DNA from: Eledone cirrhosa
Taxonomy: Eukaryota
Direction of reading: 5' to 3'
Assembly: GCA_964016885.1 (NCBI GenBank)
Contig: OZ024745.1
Location: forward strand, 108,562,001 to 108,626,000
Length of the DNA stretch: 64,000 nt
Position 1 is the stretch's first letter. Every line of letters starts with the position of its first letter. Both the position numbers and the translations under genes were made by a program. Positions 1-13,937 of the stretch are shown in pieces. The notes beneath the pieces were generated by a model that saw only the letters and a list, made by a program, of their open reading frames with translations, was not told the origin of the DNA and made no database searches.

Positions 1-205
1 TGTAAAGGCCAGATGTAGAAATTCATAACTTATTTCATTCAAAATCATTTGTTATACATATTTCTGTGGTGCTCATGATTAATCAAAGCAATCAACATGC
101 AACCACCAACACAACTTCATCAGGCATCATCTTAAATAATAAGATTGTTGTGTAACATTTACATTCCATATGGTCTATATATACATTCATATATACATAT
201 ATACA

Positions 206-270
<65 letters not shown>

Positions 271-295
271 CATATATACATATATATATATACCT

Positions 296-1480
296 AGTGA
301 AGAAATTCCAAACATGGAAGCAGGGCCTAGAACGAAGAGGTCTTAGAGTCAACCTGACAAACACAAAGGTCCTAGTAAGTAGAAAATAAAACAGAACACA
401 GATCCCCTTGGTGAAATGGCCTTGCTCAGCATGTAGGAAAGGTGTAGGTAGAAACTCCATCCTCAGCCCAATATGCAACCTATGGGTACACAAGTGATGT
501 AGTGAGATCTCAGGAAGTTTAGCAAAGAATGTAGGCTTTACATGTAGCGGGTGCACCAGGAGATTAAGCAGTAAACAACCAAAGGAAACAAGTGCTATCA
601 AATTCTGTGAGAGCTTGGTAAAAAAAAATAGACAACTTCTGCTAACTGGGTGACCGAATTAGCAACGGAGGTGGGTGTTCTGAAAGTATAGTAGCCAGTA
701 AGAACGGGATGGAAGAAGTTTAGTGAGCTACTACCACTGCTAGCTACAAAGGGCTTTTCCCTCAAAATGAAAGGCAGACTGTATGATGCATGAATACGAA
801 CAGCAATGTTGCATGGTAGTGAGACCTGGGCGTTGTGTGCAGAAGGCTTGCGGAGATTGGAAAAAAATGAAGCTTGCTTGCTCTGATGGATGTGTAATAG
901 TAATATACGTGAACAGCAAACGAACTGAGAGAGAAACTAGGCATAAGAGGAATCAAATGCTGTGTGCAAGAGAGGAGATTGCATTGATATGGACATGTGA
1001 TGCGTATGAAGGATAACAGCTGCATAAAAAAGTGAAGAGCGCTCAAAGTCGATGGAAGCCTTGGAAAAGATGACACAGGAAGACTTGGGATGAGGTGATA
1101 AAAGCTGACCTTGCCAAATTGCACCTCTCAAAGATGATGACACAGTAATACAGAAGACCAGACTTCCCACGGGCACAGGCGAAAGATGAAACATATACAC
1201 AGTATGCTCCCCACCCACCCTCCCACGGTGTAAGTATCACAACAAAAAGCACCCAACCCACACTGTAAAGTGGTCGTGTAGGCGTCATGACAAAAAGTAC
1301 CCATTACTCACTGTAAATGAGGTTGGCATTAGGAAGGGCATCCAGCTGCAGAAACCAGGCCAAAATCATTTCTGTATAAGAAAGGCATGGTCACCTGACT
1401 TAGCATTGCCAACAACAGGACAACTCATCTAACCCATGCAGGTGTGGAAGATTGGACGTAAAATGGTGATGATGATGATA
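296..1480 (+). mobile_element. Degenerate RTE-type LINE 3' fragment (RT C-terminal region, Cys-rich motif, 3' UTR ending in (ATG)n)
   Basis: Broken frames read WKQGLERRGLRVNLTNTKVL, KWPCSACRKGVGRNSI..CNLWVHK, RTGWKKFSELLPLL..KMKGRLYDA*IRTAMLHGSETWA, ERRLH*YGHVMRMKD and WDEVIKADL. The tail ends in GGACGTAAAATGGTGATGATGAT. Confidence 0.85.
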
Positions 1481-1685
1481 CATACATATATATATATATA
1501 TACATACACATATTTACACATACATATAAACATATAAATATATACATATACATATATATATATATATACACATATACACATATGCATATATACATATAAA
1601 TATATACATATGCATATATACATATAAATATATACATATGCATATATACATATGCATATATATATACATATATACATATATATAT

Positions 1686-1736
<51 letters not shown>

Positions 1737-2931
1737 TACATATATATATATATTGTTATACTTGGGGAGGGTCATATTTGTGTAATATTGCCAGAATTAA
1801 TAACAGAACACATATATACCACCCTTGCAAGCAGGGAAAAAGCAGACGTAAAATGAAATGATGATGATGATGATACATATATATATACATATATATATAT
1901 ACATGTATACATACACATATATATATAGAGAGAGATAAATACATACATATAAATATATAAGTACATATATATAGATACATATATATACATGTATATATAT
2001 ATATATATATACCAACATATATATACGTGTATATATATACATATACATACCCACATATATATATATATATATATGCATATAGATAAATACATACATATAA
2101 ATATATAAATACATATATATAGATACATATATATATATATATATATACGTGTATATATGTATATATATATGTATCTATATATATATATATGTATATACTC
2201 ACATATATACGTGTATATATACATATACATACCCCCCCCCCCCACACACACACATATATATATATACACATACATACATATGTGCTTTTATGTTGACTGG
2301 GAGGAAAAAAAGTTTAAAAGAGGATATAATAAATCCATTGGCAAATTAGTATTAAAAAAACCCTAGAGATACATACTAACACATACTGTGAAACAGATGT
2401 GGAAGTTATATGCGAGGTTTGTTTTTATGTATGTAACATAAATATATATATATATATATATCCACTAGTAGTTTTGACAATGAATATTTAGTTGTTTAAT
2501 AAAGGAAGTGGCTCGCCAGTACCAGTAAATAGGCTCCCAGGCTATTTAGTCGATAAGAGTGTAAGAGACCATGAACTGCAGCCCGAGTTAAAACAATTGT
2601 TAACCCTTTAGTATTTACATTACTCTATATACACTGTGAAAGTAACTGGTGCGTGTGTTTCTTATTGGCAACATGACCCTCCCAAAGTATAACAATATCT
2701 ATATACACTATTACATTTTAATGGTAAACACTTCATCTCACAGAATTATTTCACTTAATATCGAATCTATGACTCTTTAGTTGTGTCAAGGAAAAGACAA
2801 CCTCTGTAGTTCTGGTGACTGGATAAAATACACCCTAATTACTAAAGTGGATGGTGATAGAGTGTCTAGATGTAGAAACGATGCAACAGCCAGAATGTAT
2901 GTGTAGTTCAGCTCATTAACTATATAGTTCC

Positions 2932-3156
2932 TTAACCCTTTAGCATATACATTACTCTATATTTACTATTGTATTTTCATGGTAAAGGCTTTATCTCACA
3001 TATCTCACATGATATCGAATCTATGAGATTTTGATATTATTTATTTTGAGAACAATACCTTAACTTCAGTATGAGCAGTCAGTTACAACCGGTTTGAACA
3101 TAAAGAGGTGAGAGAATTGTGGCTGGATATGGTAGGTTTAAATGCTAAAGGGTTAA
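2932..3156. mobile_element. piggyBac-type MITE (~220 bp)
   Basis: TTAA|CCCTTTAGCAT...ATGCTAAAGGG|TTAA terminal inverted repeats. Other copies at ~2600-2775 (interrupted), 5149-5372, 7216-7444, 7780-7902, 8636-8851, 13217-13435, 30268-30485 and 43218-43446. Confidence 0.8.
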
Positions 3157-3304
3157 GACAATTTGAAATCTTTTCCACCATGAATTGTTAAAAAACAAGT
3201 TAAAATCCTTTAGTCATCATCTTATAATTCTTCTTCTGTTTTGCCCATTTGTAATGTACGTTACGCTTTAGTTACATACACACACATCTACTGACATCCA
3301 TGGC

Positions 3305-3822
3305 TTAAGAATTTTAGCAGAGTCAAATATTTTCGAAATTAAGAATTTTAGCAGAAAGTCAAATATTTTCGAAATTAAAAATTTAGCAGAGTCAAATATT
3401 TTCGAAATTAAGAATTTTAGCAGAGTCAAATATTTTCGAAATTAAGAATTTTAGCAGAGTCAAATATTTTCGAAATTAAGAATTTTAGCAGAGTCAAATA
3501 TTTTCGAAATTAAGAATTTTAGCAGAGTCAAATATTTTCGAAATTAAGAATTTTAGCAGAGTCAAATATTTTCGAAATTAAGAATTTTAGCAGAGTCAAA
3601 TATTTTCAAAATTAAGAATTTTAGCAGAGTCAAATATTTTCGAAATTAAAAATTTAGCAGAAAGTCAAATATTTTCGAAATTAAGAATTTTAGCAGAAAG
3701 TCAAATATTTTCGAAATTAAAAATTTAGCAGAAAGTCAAATATTTTCGAAATTAAAAATTTAGCAGAAAATCAAATATTTTCAAAATTAAAAAATTAGCA
3801 GAAAATCAAATAGCAGAAAGTC
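3305..3822. repeat. Tandem minisatellite, 38-40 bp unit (TTAAGAATTTTAGCAGA[AA]GTCAAATATTTTCGAAA), ~13 copies
   Basis: Near-identical adjacent units with no spacers. Confidence 0.95.
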
Positions 3823-4459
3823 ACGACCTGGGCTAAAAATAGTAGTCACTACCTGGTTTGTAAAACACTTTTTATTATTAAGTGGTAAAATAATTTTCTG
3901 GGACCCTGGCTAGAGTTGTATCCCTTCAGAGTTTAACAGTAAAATAAGCTTAAAAAGCTTTCTATTTTGCAGGAACCGGCTATGTAGCCTATTCCTTTCA
4001 TAAACTGATAGTTATTGAGGCGGTTTGTATATCATCATCATCATCATCATCGTTTAATGTCCATCTTCCACGCTTGCATGGGTTTGGACGGGAGGTTTCC
4101 CACTTGAGGCAAGATTTGTTGTCCTGCTCGTATAGGACTGTCTGGCGGGTTTTCTACGGCTGGATGCCCTTCCTAACACCAACCACGTTTACAGTGTGGA
4201 CTGGGAGGTTTTTACCGTGTTACCTACACGGCCACATTTGTGTCGTGACACCTACACGACCTCATTTGTTTCGGACTGGATGTTGTGGTACCAACATAAC
4301 TTCACATTTTGTTAGAGGTGCCTACTGACTGTAGGTTTCGCTTTGTACTTCGCTGTGTATAATATAATTTAATTTTATTGTATCATTCTGTCTGCTTCAT
4401 GGTTAAATATTTCAAACAAATGTGGTTCTTCAACCCTCGTAATATTAGACACACGATTT

Positions 4460-4587
4460 ACTGTTTCATTTGAAGGAAATCATCAGGAAAGCCCTGATGA
4501 TTTCCTTCGAATGAAACAGTTCTAGTCTTGTAGAAGCCATTTCTATGTTAAATATATATATATAACATAGAAAGGGCTTCTACAGCC
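4460..4587 (+). mobile_element. Fold-back element with degenerate hammerhead-like core (same family as 32280-32412)
   Basis: CTGATGA-tttccttcgaat-GAAA-cag..ttg-TA-gaagcc, preceded by its own inverted copy. Stem I does not pair cleanly in this copy. Confidence 0.45.
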
Positions 4588-5571
4588 ATATATATATATC
4601 ATATATGATGTGTGTGTGTTTTATTTCTTTTTAATATTGTTTACAATAGAATTGCACAGTAAATGTGTTTTAATCATATTTTTTCTAACAGATTGTTTTT
4701 GTTCAATCTCACTGACATTACTGAAGTTACCCTATCATCATATATTTAAAAGATATACCAAAATGATATACTCGTTATGTAAAACTATCATGTTATACTA
4801 ACATAATATACCCTCATGATATACCTACAGAATATAACAGCATATTATATTACTACCAAATTATTCTATACATATAATTTACATGTTACAATGATACACC
4901 CACACGATATATTAACATGATCTACAAGCATGTTATACTATTAATATGATAATTTAACATGCTGTACTAACAGGAATATTAGACATATTAACCTGAATGT
5001 CAGTAAAATATGAACCATGTGGTAATCAAATCCATGTCTTTTTGTTGATAGCTAGATGTAATTAACATTACAACATATACCTGAACCAATAAACTTTGTT
5101 TTTAAATAGTATGATTTAAATAGTATGATTTTAAAAAAAATGATCTGTTTAACCCTTTAGCATTTACATTACTTTCTATATATACTATTGTAATTTTGTG
5201 GTAAAAGCTTTATCTTACATAATTATCTCACACAATATCAAATCTATGAAATTTTGATATTATCTATTTTGAGAACAATACCTTAATGTTGGTATGAGCA
5301 GCCAGTTACAGCCAGTTTGAACAGAAAGAGGTGAGAGAATTCTGGTCAGATATGACTGGTTTAAATGCTAAAAAAGCTTTCCAAATTTTTCATACTGGCA
5401 TCAAACTTTTTAAAAATAAAATTATTTGTAACACATAAAATTTTATTAACAAAGCTAAATATTTAATGTAAAATGTATATAATAGGAAATAATTCAATTT
5501 GATATTTGAGCCGGCGGTGAAGAACACTTCTTGGGTATTTAGTGGAGTGTTTGATAAAGATACTCTTGTCA

Positions 5572-5758
5572 CAGCCGGTGAATTGGCAGTGTCGGTAGAG
5601 GGTCGGGCATGCTTTCCAGCATAGTTATGTCCCTTTACGATCTGAGTTCAATTCCCACCGAGGTTGACTTTGCCTTTCATCCTTACGGGGTCGATAAAAT
5701 AAAGTACCAGTAATGTACTGGGATAATTGCTGGCCTTGTGCCAAAAGTAGAAACAATT
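5572..5758 (+). mobile_element. tRNA-derived SINE family B (~185 bp)
   Basis: TTGGCAGT.TCGGTAG box A-like and GAGTTCAA.TCCC box B-like motifs; central GCCTTTCATCCTTACGGGGTCGATAAAATAAAGTACCAG; 3' GTAGAAACAATTAT. About 20 copies, e.g. 8143-8332, 24423-24606, 42402-42588, 51553-51744, 57278-57465 (+); 27777-27960, 39999-40162, 45445-45637, 50002-50190, 54118-54308, 54325-54502 (-). Confidence 0.85.
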
Positions 5759-5773
5759 ATATTATTACCATAA

Positions 5774-5957
5774 TAATTGTTTCTACTTTAGGCACAAGGC
5801 CAGCAATTACCCAGTGCATTACTGGTATTTTATTTTATCGACCCCGTAAGGATGAAAGGCAAAGTTAACCTCGGCGGGATTTGAACTCAGATCGTAAAGG
5901 GACGTAACTATGCTGGAAAGCATGGCGTCCGACACTCTACCGATACTGCCAATCCAT
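5774..5957 (-). mobile_element. tRNA-derived SINE family B, inverted relative to the adjacent copy
   Basis: Reverse complement of the 5572-5758 consensus. Confidence 0.85.
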
Positions 5958-8900
5958 AATCATCACTGTTTAACGTCCATTTTTCCAGGTTTGCATGGGT
6001 CAGACAGGTTGTCCATGTCAAGAGACAAGTCTGGCCAGGATTGACCATGATATACCTTGCTCTGACGGGACTGTAAATTTGTTTTTTACAGCTGGATGCC
6101 CTTCCTAACACCAACCACATTAACTGTGTACCAACATAATATATAAGCATGATATGTCACAATGATATACCAAAATAATATATTAATATCATCTACAAAC
6201 ATTTTATACTATCAACATGCTGTAATATTTTAAAACTTCTGCTATTCAACCATTTTGTGACTCTCGGTCCAATTAGCCAAGCGTATGATATCGAATGAAT
6301 AGAATTAACCATACACATGTACACCAGTTCCGAACACTATATTTCTAATGAAAAACACTGCCTATGATTTTAAAATAAATTTTAAGATAATCAAGAATTT
6401 GGAGGGACAAGTAATATTACTAACTTTCTCATTATAAATGTGATGTTTGGTTCATAAAGATTTTTACTTGAAATTATGCTGGAAGGTTTTTAGATAAATA
6501 TAAACACCATCAAATTAATAACTTTGTATTGTAGAACTAGGCACAGTTTCAGGTAGTTTGGCATCAAAAGGGTTTATTACAGTTGAAAATCTACCTTTTA
6601 AAAATATATGTAGTCCAAAACACCAACTGAATGTTTAGTGCTTTTATAGCTATATGTAGATGCATCTCTAAAATATAAATCCAGAAACTTCTGAACTGAC
6701 TATCTTTATGTATCATAAATAAACTCCAATTATTTTTCTTATCAATTTTTCTTCTTCAACCAGTGAAAAGATGTTTGTTGAAGATGAAACAAATGGATTT
6801 CTGATCTAATAATTTTCTTGTATTTGGATACTCAATTTCTCTTCAAGCAATGTTATACGGTTAAAGATTAAAGGACTAATATCATATTTTAAGTCACACT
6901 TGGTGGTTTGGGAAAACCTTTCAACATTTTCCTCTCGTTTTTCTTTTCAGATCATTATTTTATTTTTCAACTGAGGTTAAGATATTTATTTTCCTGCCTT
7001 GCATGCTGGTGTTTATTTCATTTAAAAGTTTACATGTGTCAGCGAGGTATGGTTTTTTTTGTGTACAAAAGTTTTTTTTTTTCTTAATCAAATCTCAAAA
7101 CTCATTCTGTTGATTCACTTCAAAATGTTTAACTGTAAAAGATTTTCACTTAAAATTTTTATTTTCTCAATCATTATAAGATCTAATATACATGATTGTG
7201 CTTCACTGAGGAGATTTAATCCTTTAGCATTTAAACTGGCCATATCCGGCCAGAATTCTTGCACCTCTTTCTGTTCAAACCGGCTGTAACTGGCCCCTCA
7301 TACTGATGTTAAGGTATTGTTCTCAAAATAAATAACATCAAAATCTTATAGATTGAATATTATGTGAGATAATTATGTGAGGTAAAGCCTTTACCACAAA
7401 AATACAATAGTATATATAGAGTAATGTAAATGCTAAAAGGTTAATAAAACCACAAAATGTCCAAATTTGTTATTGTACATACAAAATATCAAACTTCCTC
7501 TCCAATGCATGCTCTCATTCATTAGCATATAACTTTCCTCTTCATTATGAATGTAATCTTAATTGATTAGACAATTTTTATTTGCTGACTGCCTTATGTT
7601 ATCATCATCATCGTTGTTTTTATGTCCATTTTTCTATGCTTGTGTGGGTTGGATGGGTCCTTTCCACTCATTGTGTTCCTTCATTATCTCCTCCATGAGT
7701 CTCAGTGATTTGAGATCAGCTCTCACCCACACTTTTTCACCCAGCAATCATCATCCATGCATATCACATGCCCATACCAATGTTATTTATTTTAAGAACA
7801 ATACCTTAACATCAGTATGAGTGGCCAGTTATGGCCAGTTTGAACAGAAAGCGATGAAAGGATTCTGGTTGGATAAGGCCGGTTTAAATGATAAAGGGTT
7901 AAGACAATGTAAAATAATACCAGGGTGGGGAGATTCCCTAGGGATGCCTTCTATATCAAGAACACAGAGATAGGATGAAACAGACAATTAAAATGACACT
8001 TGTATAAAAAAAAAAAAAAAGCAAGAGAGACAATTCACAAAATTCCTATGGATTAAAAATGCTTAAAATCCTAGAAAGATATATTTACATATGTATTTAC
8101 TTGTTATTCTGTTTGGTGCTATAATAGTGATCAAATTGTGAAGGTGGATTGGCAGTATCGGTAGAGGCGTCGGACACCATGCTTTGACGCATAGAGTTAT
8201 GTCCCTTTATGATCTGAGTTCAAATCCCGCCGAGGTTAACTTTGCCTTTCATCCTTACAGGGGTCGATAAAATAAAGTACCAGTAACACACTGGGTAATT
8301 GCTGGCCTTGTGCCAAAAGTAGAAACAATTATTATTCTGAACCTGAAATGATGGACCTTTGACTACCTCATTCAGATGCATCATCGATTCATATAAATTC
8401 AATAGAGTTAATTACTTCATTTCATAAATACTTGTTACAGATACTTTCATTCCCACTATACTGTGACCAGTTAGAAATTGAAGCTAAATCTTACAGTGAA
8501 ATCACACTTTGTTACAAATAAGCAATGATTCTTCATCAGTTTTGAAGATGAGTGTTCCATATGTTCTATCAATGGAACATCCTGCTCATGAAATTAACGC
8601 CTAATTGGTTGAGTATTCCCCTGACAATGTACCCTTACCCTTTAGCATTTAAACCAGCTGTATCTGGCCAGAAAAATCTCTCACCTCTTTCTTTTCAAAC
8701 TGGCTGTAACTGACCACCCATACTGATGTTAAGGTATTGTTTTCAAAATAAATAATATCAAAATCTCATAGATTCGATATTATGTGAGATAAAGTGTTTA
8801 CCATGAAAATACAATAATATATATAGAGTAATGTAAATGCTAAAGGGTTAATGTAATTCTGAGTGAGATTTAGTGTGGCATATTGTGTGTTAATGTAGAC

Positions 8901-9167
8901 CCTTTGTATTACAGGTACAGTTCATCTGATGGGCTTTGAAACAACTTCTTTCTACCAAATTTTACTCACAAGGCTTAAGTTGAGCCGAGGCTGCAATAAA
9001 GGACATTTGCCCATATGATGCCATACAATGTGATCAAACCCTAGATTATGAAGTGAACTCCTTAGCTATTCTGTGTTCACAGTAAATAAGAGAAGACATA
9101 ATGAGTAATGTATTCCAAGATGTACTTTGCTGATGCTGGTAAATATATGATAACAATAACTTTTAAA

Positions 9168-9489
9168 GGCATTCCGTCAGTTACTATGATCAGTGTTCCA
9201 GATGATCTGATCAATGGAACAGCCTGCTCATGAAATTAACGTGCAAGTGGTTGAGCATTCCACAGACATGCATACACTTAATGTAGTTCTCAGGGAGATT
9301 CAGCATGACACAGAATGTGACAAGGCAGGCCCTTTTAATTACAGGTACAACTCATTTTTGCCAGCTGAGTGGACTGGAGCAATGTGAAATAAAGTGTCTT
9401 GCTCAAGGACACAACACGCTGCCAGGAATCAAATTCACAACCTTATGATTGTAAGCCTAATACCCTAACCACAAAGCCACACACCTTCA
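9168..9489 (-). mobile_element. tRNA/CORE-like SINE with a different 3' tail (family C)
   Basis: Minus strand has a tRNA-like head, then CCTTGAGCAAGACACTTTATTTCACATTGCTCCAG as in family A, then a distinct tail. The tail also occurs at ~8545-8925 (split by a MITE) and ~33900-34020. Confidence 0.7.
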
Positions 9490-10255
9490 ATAACTAAAAC
9501 TGACACAAGGCCATCAATTTTATGGGATGGGTTAAGTTAACTTAATTATCCCATATGCTTGAATATCAAACTCCAAAGTGATGAAAGACAAAATTGACCT
9601 GGGAGAGATTTGAACTCAGAATATAAAAGTAATAACTAAATACTACAGGATAATAATTAAAGATAACATCCCATATGTCATACACACACTCAAACACACT
9701 CACACACACAAAAAAGGAATCACTGCCAATTTTGGCAGGCAATCATCATTGAGATATTTAATAAATTATTGAAGAAACTTCTGTATAGTTGCTTGACCTG
9801 ATCAATGTTGTAGCCAAATTCTCTCTCAACAAACACCCAACTGTTATTAAAAGAAGTACCTCATATTTCACATTCAAAAACCTGAATGACAATATGTCAA
9901 AAAAAATGACAGAGAGGGTAGCTACAGTTAAAATACATTATCCATATGCTGGAAATTATTTCAGATTGACATTTTGCCTGTCCCATCTAGAAGAAAAAAA
10001 TGCAATTTTGAGTATTAAGTAGCATTTTAGTCATTCTGTAAACTATCGAACACATTTTTTATGAAAAAAAAAATTAGATACACAAATCAGGCAGACCTAT
10101 TCCATATTAAAACACAGTTATGCATCCAAATGCACATACACACATTTATCTATATATGTATGGTGTGTGTGTTTATGTGTGTATATATATATATATATGT
10201 ATATAGATATGTATGTATATATTATATATATATATGCATATATATGCATATATAT

Positions 10256-10329
<74 letters not shown>

Positions 10330-10388
10330 TATATACATACATATCATCATCACTGTTTTTAAATGGACGTAAAAACGATGATGATATG

Positions 10389-10458
<70 letters not shown>

Positions 10459-10530
10459 TATATATACATGTGTATATATATTTATATACATATATATATA
10501 TGTAGATACATGTGTTTATGTATGTGTGTC

Positions 10531-10606
<76 letters not shown>

Positions 10607-10730
10607 TCGATGTGAGAAAGAGTTCTGGGTTAAAGTACAAATATTTTAATCAGTGACTGGAAAGTTAAAGAAAGAGAGAGAGAGATAGGCAGCAACTTAA
10701 TTAACAGGTCAAATCGTTTGCTTGCCTTAC

Positions 10731-10916
10731 CTACAAGCAAGAAAGCTATTGAAAAGATCTTATTCCTGCGCCATTTTACTCCCACATTGTTTGTTGTTCC
10801 TTGACCTCTGCCGAAAATGCTGTCGAGAAGTAGCCAATACTTAGTTGCTAAATATGCCATGCAAGGTGTCTTCAGGGACTTTAACCTGCTGAACTGTTGG
10901 TGACATTTACTGCTGC
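10731..10916 (-). other. Unique-sequence island: candidate exon or conserved non-coding element
   Basis: On the minus strand a polypyrimidine tract plus TTAG/CAG acceptor precedes a stop-free frame (AVKCHQQFSRLKSLKTPCMAYLATKYWLL...IAFLLV), followed by an AG|GTAAG donor at 10730. The peptide is not recognised. Confidence 0.3.
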
Positions 10917-11799
10917 TAATGTGAGAGAACAGAGAGAAAGACTGCCTTTATAAGAAATCAATCAAGTAAATATCGGCACAAAGCCATTTTAACTTGGCAA
11001 TAAATGCACCAGCAGTAACGTCTTAAAAGAAGTTAATTTTCTGTCTGCCTGTCTGCTTGTCAGCCTTGTCACGTTTTTCATCTACCTTCTTTTTCCCTAG
11101 TCTCCTCTTTCACTTTCCATTTTGCTTTCTACCCCTTTTTCCCCATTATATCTCCTATCTTTCCTTTTCATCTGTCTGTCCCTTTATCTACCTCTGTATA
11201 TACTATACAAAAATATTGAATGCACAGTCTCCTCATCAATATCTATTTGTATCTCAGCCTAAAACATTCTTACTTCTTCACGATCAATATATTTATCACT
11301 TTATTTATTTGTTGTTGTTCTTATTTAGTCTATAAACCTATTCCTTCCATCCAATTTTCTCTTTCAATCTGTCTCTGTCTGTCTGTCTGTCTCTTTCTCT
11401 CTCTTTTTATATATATATTAATATATGTCTGATAGTTTATTCCTCTAACTTTCTATCAATCTGCCAGCCTAGCTATTTTATTTGTCTGTCTCTATGTAAA
11501 TGTTTATCACAAATGCTTTCTGGTCTCTATTATTACAAATTCTTGTATAATTTTTCTAGATAGGCAGGTTAAAGCAAACATAATGCCATATCTTACAAAA
11601 GATTGTATGTAACTCAAGATTTTTTGGTCTGTCAACCTAACCCCTATGTTACAGTCTTATGTAATATTTAAGGATGTGGTATTTATAAGCATCAGAATAA
11701 TTGTCAAAGAAGTTTTGATTTGATTTTGTAGGACATAAGGTTTTTTTTACTCCATAAGTCTTGGAGGTGGGTATTACCCAAGACTTTCGGCAGTTGTTA

Positions 11800-12175
11800 A
11801 TGACCAGAGAACATGTTGCCAGGCTACTCCTTTTTAAAAGACATTAGCAGGTAGAGAGTTCCAGAGGACTGACGTTTTAATGAGGAAGAACTAGTGCAAA
11901 GCCTAATGAGTTAAACACAAAATGGGTGGTGAGAGAAGGAGAGATGAGTGCCTAAGTGGAAGTGGCAAACATCAAGTATTCGTAGTGGAAGGAGCTGAGT
12001 GAGGGGGCAGTATGACTATGGGCCAGAGGCTGGAGCATGTCAGTGAGTCATTTTATACCACTATGCCAAGTGTCTTTACTCAGAATGTGCTCTAGAATGT
12101 CAATGTAAGTAACAGCAGCACTGTTCCAAATTTGAGAGCAGTACACCATTGCTGGATTCACTTGAGCCTTTTAGA
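11800..12175 (-). mobile_element. Old CR1/L2-like LINE C-terminal fragment
   Basis: KAQVNPAMVYCSQIW and FLIKTSVLWNSLPANVF resemble the RPxLEYCSxIW and WNSLP motifs of CR1/L2 ORF2. Confidence 0.6.
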
Positions 12176-12179
12176 GGGC

Positions 12180-12342
12180 CAACAACAATAGCAATAAAAG
12201 TAACAACAATAACAACAACAACAATAGCAATAAAAGTAACAACAATAACAACAACAACAATAGCAATAAAAGTAACAACAATAACAACAACAACAATAGC
12301 AATAAAAGTAACAACAATAACAACAACAATAATAGCAACAGC
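12180..12342. repeat. 33-bp AAC/AAT-rich minisatellite
   Basis: (AACAACAATAGCAATAAAAGTAACAACAATAAC) repeated about 4 times. Confidence 0.9.
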
Positions 12343-13937
12343 AAATTAAAATCAGCTTTGGTTACATTTGAACCACGAATCATTCCAGAGCAACTTAGAT
12401 TTTGTGGAAATAGTACCTATAGCCATATACGATATGTAAATGTATTTTTCAGCCAATGACATTGATACTCAACTTGCTAGAAATAGGAGCTAAATCTCCC
12501 TCAAATTACACACTATCATCTTAACAAAAAGAACATATTAGATAATACAGTTCTTGATATATTGTCTCAATAAAAGATGGGATGGTCATGGCAAGAATGC
12601 TTTTGATTACAGACCTGCTGGTACAAGACTTATTTGGGACTAAACAGCAACATATCAATTGATGAGAAATAAAGAAACATATCTATTGATGAGAAAGAGA
12701 ACGCAAGTATATGACTAACCGTATATATTTGAATATAAGCCGATCCAAATACGAAAATATATATTCCTTTTCTTAATTTTTTCTTTTTTTTGTTAAATTA
12801 TTGCTTTCTTTAACACTATATGTATGGTGTTTGAGTGTGTGTAAAGTGAATGATTTTAGCCAAATGCATGTCTGGTAAATTTATATATTTATATATATTT
12901 GTAAATTTTTCTGTATTTACCTACCTTCCCCCACAGTAGTAAATGTACACATCCAGAATTACGCATCCTATAATGGTTTCTGATTTAGGCACAGAGCCAA
13001 AAAATTGAGGGGAGGGTAAAGTTGATTAAATCTACTTCAGTGTATTACTGGTACTTTATTTAACCCAAAAATGATAAAAGGCAAAATTAACCTTGGCCGG
13101 ATTTGAAATCAAAAACTGCTGTAACTATGCTGCGAAGCATGGTGCCGACACTCTACCAATACTGCCAATCCACTGCCCTAGGATTACCCACCACTCTTGT
13201 ATATATATATTATATTTTAACCCTTTAGCATTTACATTACTCTATATATACTATGTATTTTCATTATGTATTTTCATGGTAAAGGCTTCATCTCACATAA
13301 TATCTCACATGATATCGAATCTATGAGATTTTTATACTATTTATTTTGAGAACAATACCTTAACATCAGTATGAGTAGCAAGTTATGGTCGGTTTGAACA
13401 GAAAGAGTTGAGAGAATTCTGTTCAGTTTAAATGCAAGATGATTAAACAGAGTCTTTACTGCGGGAGAGTCCCATTATTACCAGATGACTGGACAAGGAT
13501 TTTCACACTTCTTAATTGTTTTGCTCCCTTCAACAGTCTTGGACAGCTTTGATGTTAATAGAGAATGTCCAATCTGTATCCATACATACATGGGTCCCAC
13601 AATTCCTGATGGAGTTGTAGGGGCACAGTAGTGACAGACTGCAGACTGCATTTCTAGGACATTTTAATCCTGGCAATTCTCATCCCTCTCAATGTTTGAA
13701 CATGGCAGATTTCTTCCAGAGAAGGATAGAAAGCAAGAGAGAGATATGGAGGAAGAACCGACCCAGTACTTGACTGGTACTATTTTTTATCGACCTCGAA
13801 GGGATGAAAGGTAAAGTTGACTTAGGCAGAATTTGAATAGAGGGAGAGCAGAGAGCCACAATGAACACCCCAAAGCATTCGATTCAATGTTCTAATGACT
13901 GCCAATCCATTGCCTGTCTAAACTGTATCATGGATCG

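Noticed and set aside
3305-3822. CRISPR-like array
   Set aside because: Units are contiguous with no unique spacers; eukaryotic context and no cas genes.
3860-3935. Minus-strand hammerhead-like CTGAAGG..GAAA
   Set aside because: Core mismatch and no stem I pairing.
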